The notes below the pieces were generated by a model. That model was not told the DNA's origin. It made no database searches and was given only the letters and a program-made list of their open reading frames with translations. Shown piece by piece: positions 1 through 14,534 of a stretch of 64,000 nucleotides of DNA. The position numbers were made by a program, and so were the translations under genes. Position 1 is the stretch's first letter, and every line of letters begins with the position of its first letter. Source of the DNA: Azolla caroliniana (taxonomy: Eukaryota; Plantae; Polypodiophyta); assembly GCA_043228905.1 (NCBI GenBank), contig JBHGNT010000002.1, positions 4,278,001-4,342,000 on the forward strand. The letters run 5' to 3'.

Positions 1-2439
1 TTCTAACTATCTAGGTTTCGACTAACACGTTATGCACATGCTAATCGGTGGTTTGTGGATACATCAATTCCAAGTACTTAAATGAACTCGCACAATCGAT
101 AGATTCATTTTTACATATGGGCATGGATAGACATCTACATGGTTTGTTTCACAACAATATATTTCTCTTCTCTGTGTTTTCTTTTATGATGGAAGCCTAT
201 GTGAGGGCCTTTATGCTCTCTATGGAATCTTGGAATGTTATACAATATTTTGCTTCTAAATTTTGAATCACAAGATTGTTTGTGAAGAGCAACAAGATGA
301 ATATCCACAAACGCGTAACCTAAGCATGAATATAATTTCATATTCTTAATATTCAAAAGCATGCTCGTTAAATTGTTACATTCATTAGCAGTAACAAGTA
401 TTGATGGTAGAGCAAAATATCTTATTTGTTCCTCTTTTACACCCTATAACCTATAAGGCACTCTCCAAGACATACACATTGCAATCCAATAGTTCACATA
501 GAGTATCCTTGGGATTCATATTCCATCCATGTTGTAGTTGTAGAGTAGACAAAACACAACTTATGTGTACTTCCTTGAAATTGTTCACTTTATGAAAATA
601 AGTTGCTCATAGGTCATTCCAACATACAAATGGTAAAGTATTGAAGTATGGAAAATATTTTGGACTTGGAGAGAATATAAAATATGGTTGAACCCATTTA
701 TTGTATAGCGATGATGCATATTATGCAAAGTGAAGATGAAAGAATGGACAGATGCAAGTAAAGAAAAGCCTAGGCATAGGTGGATTACATAAGTTTACCA
801 CGCATTACAACCTGCATGTTCAATATCTTCATTGGGTTATGCAAAAGCGTTTGTAATAGGTATTAGGGGATTAATAATATTTTCATACACTCCTATATGT
901 ATATGTGAGGGCAAGCGTGAAAATGAGGCACAAGCAACGTCATGTTGGCACCTAGCTCATTTGGTTTTATGAGAAAATTCATGTTGTTAAGTGTTACATT
1001 TTGATTGTCACCAACCATAAAGTCTTCAAGATGTCTAATATTTCAAAACAATGCATTGCATGCCATACATGTGTTTTGAGAGTAATTTGGAGCGCAACCT
1101 CTAGATGTGTTTAGAGAGTAATTTGGAGTGCAACCTCTAGATTTAGTAGTTAAAGCCCTATTTTTATAGTATGATGGCCGAGCCTTTATGTTGCACATTT
1201 TCATTGTTCTATTTCTTGATCATTTTTTAGACTAAATGGTCTTCTTCGTTTTTCACTTTGGCCTAAATATATAAAAAAAGATAGGGAAATCTGATTCAAG
1301 TGATAATATGGTATACCATATACAATATAGAAGTAAAGAACATTTTTGTAGAAGAAATTTATGGAATAGAAGGGACAAAAAAACACATCAATGTGAGTTG
1401 CATTTATGACATATTAGAAGATTATGTGGCTTTATGAAGGCCTTCGAATTCAAATTAAATATCCCCTTGTTTGTCACCCATGTGACATGTCTTATGGCTA
1501 GCCACTCCAAAAGTCATAGACCTTTTGAAATCCACAAAGTAAAATAGCGCGTGAAGGGGAGAGGAGGGGGTATCTAAGACAAGAAACTTCAAACATACTC
1601 TTTTGTTATCCATATTTGCCTTTCTAGATGACATACGAGCTTGCATTATCATATGGTACCAAACATTCCCCTTTCCTAAAACTTTGTATATGCCAATAGT
1701 TTATCCTATTAGGATCAAGAGTGAGTGATAATCCTTAATCCTTGTGCATGAACATACAAATGATTATAAAGGTCAATCAAACTCCCATTTTACCCTTGAT
1801 AAGGGCATTGACGTCTTCTCAATCCATTTGCATGACAATGGAGGCAATTCAAGTTAAAAAAATCTTGTGTTTTGCTATTCCACAGAAAATTGAATTTGAG
1901 CTCAAGTTCTTCTTTTGATCTCAAATTTCTACATACATGAAAGCAGTCGTTGGCCCCTCATTCACTCAAAACCAAAGCTAGTTTAAGTTTTTGTTAAATT
2001 GGATCAGATTTTCATCCAAATTGTAGATACTCAAGGCCAAGCATATGACAAGGGTTTTTTTCCATACAACACAATATTACCTTTTCAATGAAGTTCCAGA
2101 TCACTCGAGATTACCTTTTATGTGAGACCCAAGATTCTGTTTTACCCAAGAAAATCCAAGAGTGCTTTTCTAAATCTGACATTACCTTTTGCACAAGATA
2201 CAAGATCGACATAGGTTACTCGAAGATTACTTTTGCACAAGACAAGAGATTACTTAATGGCCCAACTATTTCTGCAACTCCCCAAATTTGCATGTACATG
2301 TGATATTTAAACAAGACAAGACTAGGACAAGATAAGACTAGGACACGTGCATATTGATCAAAGTGATCAAGTTTGACTTGGTGTCAACTCAAGCAACCCA
2401 TGTGGAAAATGACAAGACAATATTAACTTCAATGCCATG

Positions 2440-3206
2440 CATGTGTCCTTACAAAGTCTTGAGTCTACAGACCATTTGACCACAACATAAAGTTAACCTT
2501 TCACAAGACGCATCATGATTCATACCATCATCTCAATAACTCTATTCATGATTTGTTGGCGTTAAAATATTGGCTATTTCAATTGCTAGCTATTGGATGT
2601 TAAAACATTTGCAATTGGAAACACTCAAGCTAATTAATCTTACAATTTGAAGTTTTCCAACACTTGGAAAGCAAGCGACAAACAATCCAACTCATTAGCA
2701 TTAGTAATATAATATGATGTACAAGAGTGGAGAGAGAATGTTGTATCATGATGGTTTTTGTTTCTCACAAACTACAAAGCCCTTTTCCTCTTGTGTTGCA
2801 TAGAAAGACCATGTGCTAGAAAGTCTCGAGTCTACCAGATCATTTGACTGCCGCATAAAGTTAATGATATCTTTTGGATCAACCTTTCATAAAACACATC
2901 ATACCATATCATCCCAATAACTCTCTTCCTAATTTGTTGGCATTCAAAGTATTGGTTGTTTCAATTGCTAGCTATTGGACGTTAAAACATTTGCAATTGG
3001 AAACTTTCAAGCTAATTAATCTTATAATTTAAGTTCTCCAACACTTAGAAAGCAAGCCACAAACAATCGAAATCATTAGCATTAGTATATAATATAATGT
3101 ACAATATGTGGAGAGAGAGAGAGAGAGAGAGAGAATGTTGTTTCATGATTGTATTTGTTTCTCACAAACTATATAACCCTTTTCCTCTTGTGTTACATAG
3201 AAAGAT
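2440..3206. repeat. Tandem duplication of a ~370-400 bp unit downstream of the TPS stop codon
   Basis: 2440-2808 and 2810-3206 align along their length (catgtg..aagtc[t/c]gagtctac..catttgac..cataaagttaa ... ccttttcctcttgtgtt[g/a]catagaaaga). Confidence 0.85.
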
Positions 3207-3393
3207 GATAACAAAAGAAAGTGTGAGTATAAATAAGAAAGAATCAATGAATTTGGAGGGAATATGCTAATGGTAAACTACATTTCCCTCAAGGAAAAGG
3301 GTTCCCCACCCCCCTTCTTTCCTAATACTTGTTAGGGTTCCTTTTTCTTTTTGTTTCAGGCATTTGATGATTTACACCACCTTTTTCTCATCT

Positions 3394-6300
3394 TCATCGC
3401 AGCTTCTCACTCGAGGAATACATGTTATGGTGCTTGATGATACCATGTGTCTCTTGTGCTTCCAAAGGTTGTGTGAGGCCAGTTAACATCTTGATAACCT
3501 CTATTGTATCGTCCACATAGTATTTGGCTTTACTAGGTTTTTGTCCAACCGTACAAGCAAATACCTCAGCCAAGGGTGTCTGAGGGAAACCCTCCATAGC
3601 CATTGCAATCCTCTCAAACATATCTTCGTCAGACCTATCATCTCCAATGCATAAGACAAACTCCGGGGGCGTACCACGTTCCACCATAGACAATATCAAC
3701 TCATCTGCAACTCTTCCCTTGGTCACTCCCTACAATCCATTGAATTTCATTCCATTAAGACAAACAACATACGCATGGAAGAATCAAAAGAAGGAACAAA
3801 ACAATACATTATGTACTAAGTCACATATAAAAGCATTTGGGAGACTTTAGACATGCACAATAAATGTAATGCTTTACAAGTTCAAATGAGGTAACTACCT
3901 TATAGAAACCTAAAAGACTTCAAAATATAAACACAATAATTTGATGGTATAATTGTGATTTGCAACACAACATAGATGGGGTTTGATCTTGCATTCTTAC
4001 TTATGCAAAGCTCTCGATACTTTTAATGGAAATGCTAATGATTTGCAAAACTCCATTCCTAGGGTTCAAGGCTTGAGTTGAGCCATGGGTATCATTCCTT
4101 ACTTATACAAAACTTTTCATAATTTTTAGTTTAAGGTCATGGATTGACTAAAGAACTATATGGTATACCTGAGGTTTCACTTCTACTATAAGGTGACCAC
4201 TTTTAACTGTGACGGGTTTGTTAGCGAGCATGCTTTCTAAATGGTCAATGAGTTCTTTAGCTTGCCACGATCCGAAGTCAGGATCGGCATCTTGATAGTG
4301 CCATACCAAGGCACTCTCTTTGACTTCTATGTATGACCCATCCGTGCTTTCGGTGTAACGTTTCAATACAGGTTCCACAACCTCCTTCCAACTAAAATCG
4401 GACATTCGAGGTCCCGATGTCTCCCACTCTTGCTCTTGGTTCCACCTACACATGATCAAAAAGAAAGAAAACAGAAACAAACACGATGTTACTCGAGATG
4501 ATGAAATGTAATATGATAATACTCTTGGGTCGGGTCGGGTTGATCACACTCTTTTGAACAAGCAAGAAATGTTTAAGGTTGTGAAGCGAACAAAACCTGT
4601 TGAAATATCCGTGCTCCGCGGAGAGGCCGAGCCGTTTGCACGGAGCGAACCATTCGTCCAAGACATTTCGGCTCCTCCCGCTCACAATGAAGACCAAGTT
4701 GTTGGGGTCATTGCACAAGTTGTCGAGCATGGATATGATATGGGGGCCGGGGGACTTGTCGATGGCATTGGATGGGACGATGGTCCCATCATAATCAAGC
4801 AAAATCACTCGATTTGTGGTACTCTTATATGCCGACGTGATATTCTCCACGGAAAGCTTCCGGAAGCTAGGGTCTAGCGCCACGATCCGGAACCCAAAAC
4901 CAAACCCGATGCCCCAACACCTATGTTGGGCATGATCTTTGCATGTCCGTTCCAAGTCGGCCATGAAGCTCCGGACCCAAAACGCGACATCATGTGTGCT
5001 CACATACTTGTAATGCTTCTCATGCCTCATTTCCTTCTCGGCATCGGCCATGGTTAGGGCACATAGCATCGCCTCCACCACATTGTCGGTGTCCCAAGGG
5101 TTCACCCTCATAGCTCCGCTTAGAGAAGGGGAGCACCCGATAAATTCGGATATGACTAGCATACTCTGGCTAGACTTGGCCGAGCCCCTAGAGACGGTGT
5201 ATTCATATGGTATGAGGTTCAATCCATCCCTAACTGCAGTCACAACACAGCATTGTGCCATGGTGTAGTACGCGATCTTCTCATTGAGTGATACCGTCCG
5301 TCGGATCAACACAACGGGCCTATAATCCTCTGTTCCGAAAGACTCATTGATCCTCCTCACTAGCATATGGATCTCATCCTCGACCTCCGAGATCTCTGGG
5401 GCCTTTGTAGGGTTTGCGATTTGTACCAAGACGAGCTTCCCTAGCCAGTGCGGGTGGTTCTGCAAGAGCTGTTCGAACGCGAGAAGCTTCAATCCGATGC
5501 CTTGGAAGACATCGAGGTCATCCATCCCGAGAATCATCGTCTTACCTTTGAATTCTTCCTTTAGTTCCTCAATCTTCGCTCGTGTTTCGGACATTTCCAA
5601 GCTCGCCATGAGGCGGCCCATGTGAATGCCGATGGGCGATATCTTGATGCCCACCGTCCTACCGCAATACTCTAATCCAATATACCCCCTCTGGGTCTTG
5701 AAATGGAGCCCTAACATGCGGCTACAACACGAGAGGAAATGGCGGGCATAGTCGAACGTGTGGAAGCCGATCAAATCGGCATTCAAAAGGCCTCTCAAGA
5801 TCTCTTCTCGGACGGGGAAGGTCCGATAAATCTCCGAAGAAGGGAACGGGGTGTGGAGGAAGAAACCCAGCTTCACTTTATAGTGTCTCCTCCTTAGGAA
5901 TGTGGGCAATGCCATGAGGTGATAGTCATGAACCCACACGAAATCATCGTCCGAATTGATGACTTCAATAACCCTATCCGCGAATATCTTGTTCACCGAG
6001 ACATAGGCCCGCCAGAGCGAGGGCTCGAACCGGGACCCGTAGGTCGAGTCCAATGTCATGGGGAGCATGTAGTGAAACAGAGGCCATAGATGGTGCTTGC
6101 AGAAGCCATCAAAGTACTTCTTTCTTAGGTCTCGATCGACAAACACGGGCAGGCAATCGAACTTCTCGAGTAAGGCCGTGGCTATGGCCTCGTGTTGAGA
6201 CGGATCTATGTCTATGTCGGCATTCAAGCAGCCCACATAGAGAACTTGTGTGTTCTTAGGCAATCCATCTTTGATCTGTAATAAGAGAGAGTTTTGATCC

Positions 6301-6593
6301 AGGGAGAAGGCCCAAGATCCATCATTTGGGTCTTTAGCCTCCACATGTAGAGGAAGCATATCAGCCACTATTATGGTCTTCTTCCGGGCTATCTTCGGAG
6401 ATGAAGGTAAGAAGCTCGAGGTAGGGCTCACAATCATCGGGTTCCCTTCTGCTTCTTCACCATTGTTGGCAGAGATCAAAACCCCTGCTGCCCCAATTCC
6501 CATCACTTTGGGCAAGGCTCTGCTTAGATTAGAGAGGGTCTTGTGATAATTTGCTGTTAAATCCAACAGATTTGAGTAAGAACTTGAAACCAT
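3394..6593 (-). CDS. TPS: Class II trehalose-6-phosphate synthase/phosphatase (TPS5-11-like, GT20 + HAD TPP domain); exons 6593-4597, 4445-4169, 3729-3394; 869 aa
   Basis: N-terminus MVSSSYSNLLDL (class II signature); GT20 motifs WVHDYHLM, GFFLHTPFPSSEIYR, DLIGFHTFDYARHF, RDGLNL; HAD motifs LLDYDGT, VSGR, GDDRSDEDMF. GT-AG introns at 4596-4446 and 4168-3730 join the three ORF pieces in frame (2610 nt), the typical two-intron class II structure. Confidence 0.96.
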
Positions 6594-6887
6594 TTGTGCT
6601 CCTCAGCCCCCTCTGATTTTTCTTTTTCTTTTCTCTTTTTTCTTTTTTTTTAACTTGTATTGAGAGGATAGGGCTTGTGGGCGATTTATGTATGGAAACA
6701 GAAATGGATATGAAGGTATGCTATGCTATTCAAGCAGCAAGAATTCGATATAATCTTCTTTCTTTTCTTTCTTTTCTTTCTTTCTTTCTTTCTTTTCTTT
6801 TCTTTCTTTCTTCTTTTAAAAGAGAAGTTAGGTTTAGCCAAGAAGAGCCCACTTCAAAGAATCTGAGAGATTTCTCTTTTGATTAAT

Positions 6888-7041
6888 CTGCAGACCCAAA
6901 AAACAAAACAAACAAAAAAGAGAAATACATTCATTAGCAAAATGAGAGGATGGATTCTCTGCAATAAGGATGTACAGGATATACGCAAGGATTAAAATCA
7001 AATTTAATCTGGAAAACGGATTAATGAGGCCCCTTACTTAC
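6888..7041 (-). other. Probable 5'-UTR intron of the TPS gene
   Basis: Minus strand has donor G|GTAAGT at 7041 and a T-rich tract ending TGCAG| at 6888. A CT/GA-rich leader lies upstream (7080-7490). Confidence 0.6.
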
Positions 7042-7383
7042 CCTTTTGCGGTTTGAGAGGTAAGAGGTGAAGAAAAAACCCTAGAGACAGACCGACAGAC
7101 AGAGACAGAGACAGAGACAGAGAAAATAGAAAGAGAGAGGGAGAGAGAGAATCAATGGAGAGCTCGCCACTTCTTTTCTTTGTGGTGGTTTTGTAACTTC
7201 TGGAGAAGTAGAGAGAGAAAGAGAGAGAGAGAGAGAGCGTGTTTGCTGAGTCAAGACACGCGCCAAGACAGAGAGAGAGAGAGAGAGAGAGAGAAGAGAG
7301 AGAAGGCAGAGAGAGAGAGAGAGAGCAACAAAAAGAAGCTAAAAATGAGAGTAAAAACAGAAGAAAACACAGAAGAGAGAGGC

Positions 7384-7430
<47 letters not shown>

Positions 7431-7985
7431 GATTTCTCTCTTCCTTCTCTCTCTAGATTTCTCTCTTCCTTCTCTCTCTAGATTTCCTTATTTCGGAAAA
7501 TGCCCCTATTGCTCTGCTTCTTCGGAAATATTTAAATTAACGAAAGGGGTACATTTTTCTGTAATTATCTGCTTTTAAATCTCATTATCCCAGCTCCTTT
7601 ATTTTTATTTTTTTATCTATTTTATTTTTTATTTATCGTCTTTATTTTATTCAAATAATTCGCCAATCCCGGGAGAAGAATGTTATTTTATTTATTTCTT
7701 TTGTTTTTTTTTTTTGTTTTTTTTTGTTTTTTTCTATTATTTGTTTATTTGTTTATTTAGTTTATTTTTCGCTAATTAATCAGGAAAATAAATAAATCCC
7801 CTCTCTTTTATTTTATCCATTTATTTGTTTATTTATGTATTTATTTTATTTGTTTATTTGTTTAATTTGGCTTTTTTTACGCTAATTAATCGGGAAAATA
7901 AATAAATAAATAAATCCCCTCTCTTTTATTTATCCATTTTTTTCTGTGTGGATAAGGATCGTACAGGGAAACCTAATCAGCTACT

Positions 7986-8045
7986 GCCACGTGGGCCCAT
8001 TCCCCTATTGCCACGTCATGAGTAGGCTTCCCAACCGCCACGTCA
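7986..8045 (-). promoter_or_regulatory. Cluster of three G-box/ABRE-type bZIP sites upstream of TPS
   Basis: GCCACGTGG (7986), GCCACGTCA (8010) and GCCACGTCA (8037) sit in an otherwise very AT-rich region; GGATAAGG (~7950) and TATCCA (7931) are adjacent. Confidence 0.65.
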
Positions 8046-8728
8046 CATGCCACTCAAAATAATAAATATCTCAAAACAACTCTTTTCTGCGAGTTCTCTT
8101 TTGTGTTTATGTTTTTTCGTTAATGTTTTTTTATTGAAAACGAAATCCAAAAACATTTTTTTCTTTAGATAATTATTATTAGAACCATACGTGCATTCTC
8201 CCCTTCACGAATGTTTCAATCATTCGAGTATGGTAAACACCCTTGAAGTATGGTAAATACAATACTTTTGTATTTATTATTATTATAAGGTAAAAAAGTG
8301 TTTTAAAATAAAAACATAAGAATGTTTTGATAACATACGCATTCTTTTGCATTCGAGTATATTACGTACTATGATTAGTAGTACTAATAGCAGTTTTTTT
8401 TAATTATTATTGTTATTAGTAGAAGTACTAATAGTAGTATTCTTGTTCTTTGTTAGCATTTTTTATTAATAATAATACTATTATTATTATAAAAATGAGA
8501 GCTATAAAAATTATTATGTTTTATTTTTATTATAAAATTGTTAGTATTATTATTAATTATCTAGTAAGTGGGGATTTTGGATAGCTTAATGGTCCACATG
8601 AGAAAACATGACATATCCCCCCCCACACACACACAATGAGAGAGAGCGAGAGAGACTTCTTATTGGATCACGAAACGTGACCATCTTGTGGGACGAGTTC
8701 GGATTGGTTCCTATACTAAAGAATGTGA

Positions 8729-8786
<58 letters not shown>

Positions 8787-9221
8787 TTCTGAAAAAAAGG
8801 AGTTTTGGTTTGGGCTTCTAAGAGAATAAAACATATCTTAACAAACAAACCCCGAATGTTTCAAACAGATATCCCGATATCAAGATAAAGCTATAGTATA
8901 TTGGAGTAGTGTGGCGATGTGGCAGCCCCTGAGTCATCCAATGTCATACTTGATGACTTCAGTTTTTAGTCAAGCCTTATCTTTTAGCTCGATGATCCGA
9001 TAATCTCTTCAATAGTCACTAGCCAGCCGCCTTTTGATTTCGTGTTATATCATTCAACGTTTCAACCACATTTTGGTGAATGAGCACATTGTTTTCCCTT
9101 AACATCATTTTCGCTCGTTATATATATGTACACTTTCAATGGATTCTCTCTCTTGTAAAAGGATATTGTATTATACAATCCTAAAGTGTTACAACTGTAA
9201 GGTCACATGACTTTTAGATGG

Positions 9222-9222
<1 letters not shown>

Positions 9223-9293
<71 letters not shown>
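9223..9293. repeat. (CT)n microsatellite; similar GA/CT tracts at ~7270-7430, 8732-8782, 19841-19910 and 20105-20132
   Basis: Perfect dinucleotide runs visible directly. Confidence 0.95.
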
Positions 9294-9298
<5 letters not shown>

Positions 9299-12200
9299 GT
9301 TACTTTTTGAAAGTCCAAACCTCTGACATCCCCTCCCCATCTTTCTCTCATTTCATTTTCACTTGTTTTATTATATGAGACAATATGTGACCTCAATTCG
9401 ACCATGTTCTAGAATCACAATGCCATGTTCTTACTTTGTCATTTGAAGTGTGGACGTTGTACCTCTGCAAAGAGCACCCATGTTACTCATAAGCTTGTTT
9501 CCTTTGGCATAGGGACATAGTATTCAATGGAGAGGACACAAGACATTACATTTGCCATGAAAGAACTTTAAAATATTTCCATTAAAGTCTCATGTTCAAA
9601 CACTCTTAAGAATGCAAGAGGTAGCTTTGATGTTTTTACATTTTAGCTTTTATTGGTAGTGATTTTCAAATTCTAACAACTACATATCAACAACACCTTG
9701 CATAACACCATCATATTTGATCTCATAAAAGATGGTGTGGCCAATGTAATACATTGATGGTTATTGATTATCATACTCGTGGCAATGGTACCATGCATTA
9801 ATTGTTTTTCACCAACCTCAAACATCCCAAAGTAAATGAAGGTGTGAAATGGTAACAACTATGTCGGTGGAAAGAAGGGTATGTATCGGACATTCATCTA
9901 CATGTGCGAACCCACATGGTAACAAGTCCAAACTAAGTACACCCATGAACTTGGAACATTTAATGTGATACCTTTGGGGGTTGTAGGGATTGAGCTCATA
10001 ACTCATGGTCTCTAAGTGTCAATTGATGTATGCTTAAGAACATGCGCATTAGGAGCTTTTTATCATTATCAATGATATGCAACAACATAAATGTGCAATA
10101 TGTACGAACTTGAGCTTGGTTAAATCCATTATGTATATTCATTGACACAAAACTTCGAAATATGCGCATGAAATCAACAAAATGAGATGAAGGGGAAGGT
10201 AGAAATACGAGACACGAGACAAGATACTTGAACCAAAAGTGTGCATCTTACCTACACGAGCTTCCATTACCAAATCTTCTTGTCAAAAAGAGAGAACCTC
10301 TATTTGCATATAGTTTTATATTAAATTTATTTCCATGTCTTAACTATCCAATCCACTATCAATGTGTATGAGGTGTCATCCTTAACCTTTTGTACGTACC
10401 AATACATTATCAATTGTCACCTATTAGGCTCTCTATATTTACTATGCCTTTTGTTGTTTTTTGGCAAGCAGGTGATGCAATTTCTTCAAACGTAGTTGCA
10501 CATGTTATGCTTCACCACACACACACACAAATACTTCTAATATTATAGCCTCCACATTCCTATTTGTATGTCTTCGAGATTCGTGTACATGTCGGCAATT
10601 ACATCATATCACGATGAACATTATAAAGAAGTATGTGAGTATGAAGCGTGTGTCACGATTGGTCAAAGCCGCACATTCAACGAACACTATGCTTGTTCAA
10701 CAATCAAGACTAGAAATAGCTAAAGCATGGGGGTTACTTTGTAGTGAGTGCATATAATGTCCAATTGTTGTACACACACGTAACTGTAGCAAAAGGTGTT
10801 TCTTTTCATTTTGTGTTATTCTTTACTTAATGTGTTCTTCTCCCTACGTGTTATATGTGAACTCATGCCATTACTGACTATGCATCTCTGATCAATTATC
10901 TATTTTTCAATGTATAAAGTAGAGAATGTTATGCGTGTGCATGGGTGTTTCCGTTTCTTTTGATAATGAACAACAAAATTATATTAGAGAATGTGTGATT
11001 ACCCTCTAAATGGATAAATCTCTATGTGTGAAAGACTAATCAAAGTGGGATTGACATAAGGCTTTAAATGCAGAAAAGAAGCTTTTCATTAGGGAAAAAA
11101 GCATAAGTAAATTGAGTGAACAATGCCAAAATGAAACAAAAAAATTTATAGACCATTTTACTTTCGGAATGTTTTCCTTCTAACTTTGCACACGTATCTA
11201 ATGTCTTTTCAAAAATCTCCTCTTCGTGAAATCAAAAGATACAAATCGTGATCCAAAGAGAATGCCATGGATCGATATTTCTTCATTCGAAGACCATAAC
11301 AAGCGAAAGCCTTTTTCTACACACTAGATAAAGGTATTATTTATATGATTATTACCTAGTAAAAGTATGTTCTTTATCTTTGTTGCCTAATAAAATAACC
11401 TAGTCAAACCCATATCTTTATCACTTAGCACCTAATAAAAATATGTTGTCGTGACGAAATAATATGCACACCTAATTAATCACCTCACCTTTAATCAAAT
11501 TAACCAGCTAACTAACAAAGGAATCCCCCCTCTTACATCCAATCACTCTCACTAATTTATCGATGCAATATGCCAATTAATCGAGTAATTATGTAATGGG
11601 AAGGCAACCAATGTGATGCACGGAGTTATGCTAGCCTAACAACCTAAACTAATAACATACTATTCCACTAACAAAATATCCAATTGTTTAACGCAATCAA
11701 CCGACAAAACAAGGCAAGCAATTATGTCAAAATCACCTCCCAACGGTATGTATAGAGTGTGTTGAGATGCCAATTTTCATTTCACATATGGGGAAATGTA
11801 CGATGTTAACTTTATAAGAATGTTGGATGGGTAGATAGAGAGGATCAAATTTAGTCCAAGTGATGTTCATAAAGGATGTATCGCCCATGTCTCAAAAGTA
11901 GACAAGGGATGGATGGAAAAGTGGGTCATAGGATTGTTTCTTGCTAAGAATGAATGCTCCTCTCATTTGCCCACTTTCCAAAATGAGTTGGTTTGCCTTG
12001 TAACATAAGAAGAAATAAAATCTTAGTCTATGCCACCTTTCCACCATATGTTGATATTCTAGTGTCTTTGATGTGGAAGAAACTATGATTATTGAACAAG
12101 TAATGAATCCTATTAGAGTTGAAATACGTATTACATTTCCCCAATCGTTAATAGGAAAACATTTTAAAGTTTAACCACTTGAAGCATGATATATGCCAAT

Positions 12201-14492
12201 AGTTACAAAGTGGAAATCCTAAACGTGAGCCTATTGACCCCACTTGAATAACAAAGTCCATGCTTACTCAAACTTTGGGAATGTTAAATAGAAAATAGTT
12301 AACATGTACTTCATGAGGGGCCAATATCTGAAGTCTCGTGCATTGTACGTGTTTTGATCAAATGCACATAGTAAACCCGACTTTCCACGTGCCAACCATT
12401 TGGAGAACATGAGGTTATGAGTTTCATAAACCGATGTGGCATGCACTTTAGGAAATGCGATATACAATGTGTGAATGTCAAGACCCAATACAATGAAAGA
12501 AGAAGGAGATGGGGGGAAATTATTCCCCATGATTTCTTTCTTTTGGGAGCTTAATAAAAGTTAGGGCAACAGTTTGAGAGTTATGAAAACTAGAAGCATT
12601 TGTAAACAAATTGGTTTGAAACTTCTCGGAACATTTTGAATATTTTTATTTGATTTCAACCAATTAAAAGAGAGTCATATCCAGGTGCCCTTTTAAAGTT
12701 AGTATATTATTTTGAGTGTATGAGTATGTACATGGTTATTTAGATATATTTATTTATTCAATGGACCCCTTCACACAATATGTATGATATGACATGCATT
12801 CAATTGAAGTTGCAAGTATTGTTATGTTCGTTGATATGCATTACTCACTTTTGTAAGCCCATATGCATTATAATTCAATAAGTTTCTTTACAACGTTGAT
12901 GCATGTGAAGTTATGTGGTAACGACCACATAGTTGCATCCAAGTTTGGAATACGAAGAATTCAACATTTGTCATGTCTATTTCATTCTTGTTCAAGAGAC
13001 CCTTTCTTGTTCAAGGAAATATTGACCAATGAGCATTGTTTGGCTTTTTAATTATTAAGGCTCTAGTTCTCTCTATTATCGTTGTGAGGTTACACTATAG
13101 GTGGTGCACAAACATGAGGTGGTATAATTTATTACATTACCAATGATGTGGTATAATATGATGAATCACTTTAGGCATATAGTGTTAGTATTAATGCACT
13201 CTTCTAATTACATGATTAGCGTAATAAATATGATGACTTCTTCTTTCCTCATGTAATCGTAAATGTCCTGAAATGAGGCATGTCAACTCGATAAGAGGCA
13301 TGGAAATACTCTACCTAACATTGTCCCACTCATTCCTTGTGTGAAGTATGTCAATATAGTTATTAGTATGATTGGAAGTAATGATAAATAGTTAATTAAA
13401 AGATTAGGAAAAATAATGGATTAAGGTTGCTTATCCACACCTATTAGCCCCAAGTGGAGCACAAGACCAATACGAAAAATCTAGCAATGTATATCACTAA
13501 ACATGATCTTGTATTATACCTTGGAAGCCAAGTAAACCACATATATTATATTTTCCCTCGTCAAAAAGGTCTCAACAACATATATGACATGTTTTGTAAA
13601 AGGGGATAGCTAGTTCCCTCTACATGTATAGTCAAACTATGTGGATTCTTGACACCTAGGTGTTCCCAATCCACATAGCTTTTTCCCAAGGCCTATTATA
13701 ACTTGTTTTCCATTTATCCTATCCTTAAACCCATTAAAATTAGCATCTAACATTGGTCATTACAATAATGCTAGTGAACAATAATGCCAGTGATTAGTTG
13801 TAGAGACCTTAAATGATTAGTTGTCAGTGGGCACATTTAGGAAGGTGCCTACTTAATCTCCATGATTGCAATATATATGCCTAAAATTAATGTAACTATA
13901 CTTCTTAACTCTAAAAGAAAGTGTCATAGGTATACATTCTGAGAGTTGTTAGCAATAGATTAACTAGACTTGCTCATCAATTAGTTGGCATATTGATCAT
14001 GAACTAGTTCATCCTTATATTAATCATGTACTAATTAATGTCATTGTAGAGCCGAATAAATTAAAATTGTTACTAATTATGCATGAATGTTATTGCTTAA
14101 TGCTAAGTAATTTTGGGGTGTTTACACAATTTGTTAACCTCACAAGCACTGTAATAAAAATTCAAATCAAGGGATGATTATTATTATTGCAACTATTTTC
14201 CTTATGAAGGCCTAATTCCCATTTATGACAACCAAATATCGTGAACACTAAATGAATATCATTATTTAAATGACATGTGCTTTGAAATGGGGTCATGTGG
14301 TTTTCAAGGGTGTGGATGGCATATAACATGCATGTGTCCCACAAATTGGTTAGACGAGATGAAAGGTTTGGTGCACATGAAACATTTAACAAACCAAATG
14401 TTCCATATGACATCAGGTCTCTCCATATTTTATACACAATCATTCAAAAGCGACCCAACTGCTCCATATGACATGAGGTCCCCGTATTCTAC

Positions 14493-14500
14493 TATATAAA
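14493..14500 (+). promoter_or_regulatory. TATA box of the EF-hand gene
   Basis: TATATAAA begins 42 bp upstream of the ATG at 14535. Confidence 0.55.
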
Positions 14501-14534
14501 CAAACCTAAGCACACATATGATATCAAGAAAAGG

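Noticed and set aside
6594-6887. Possible conserved-peptide uORF in the TPS leader
   Set aside because: No ATG found on the minus strand between the UTR-intron acceptor and the main ATG.
7081-8834. ORFs with ERERER / SLSLSL runs (also 19784-20144, 43282-43476, 61491-61771)
   Set aside because: Translations of GA/CT microsatellites; no coding signal.
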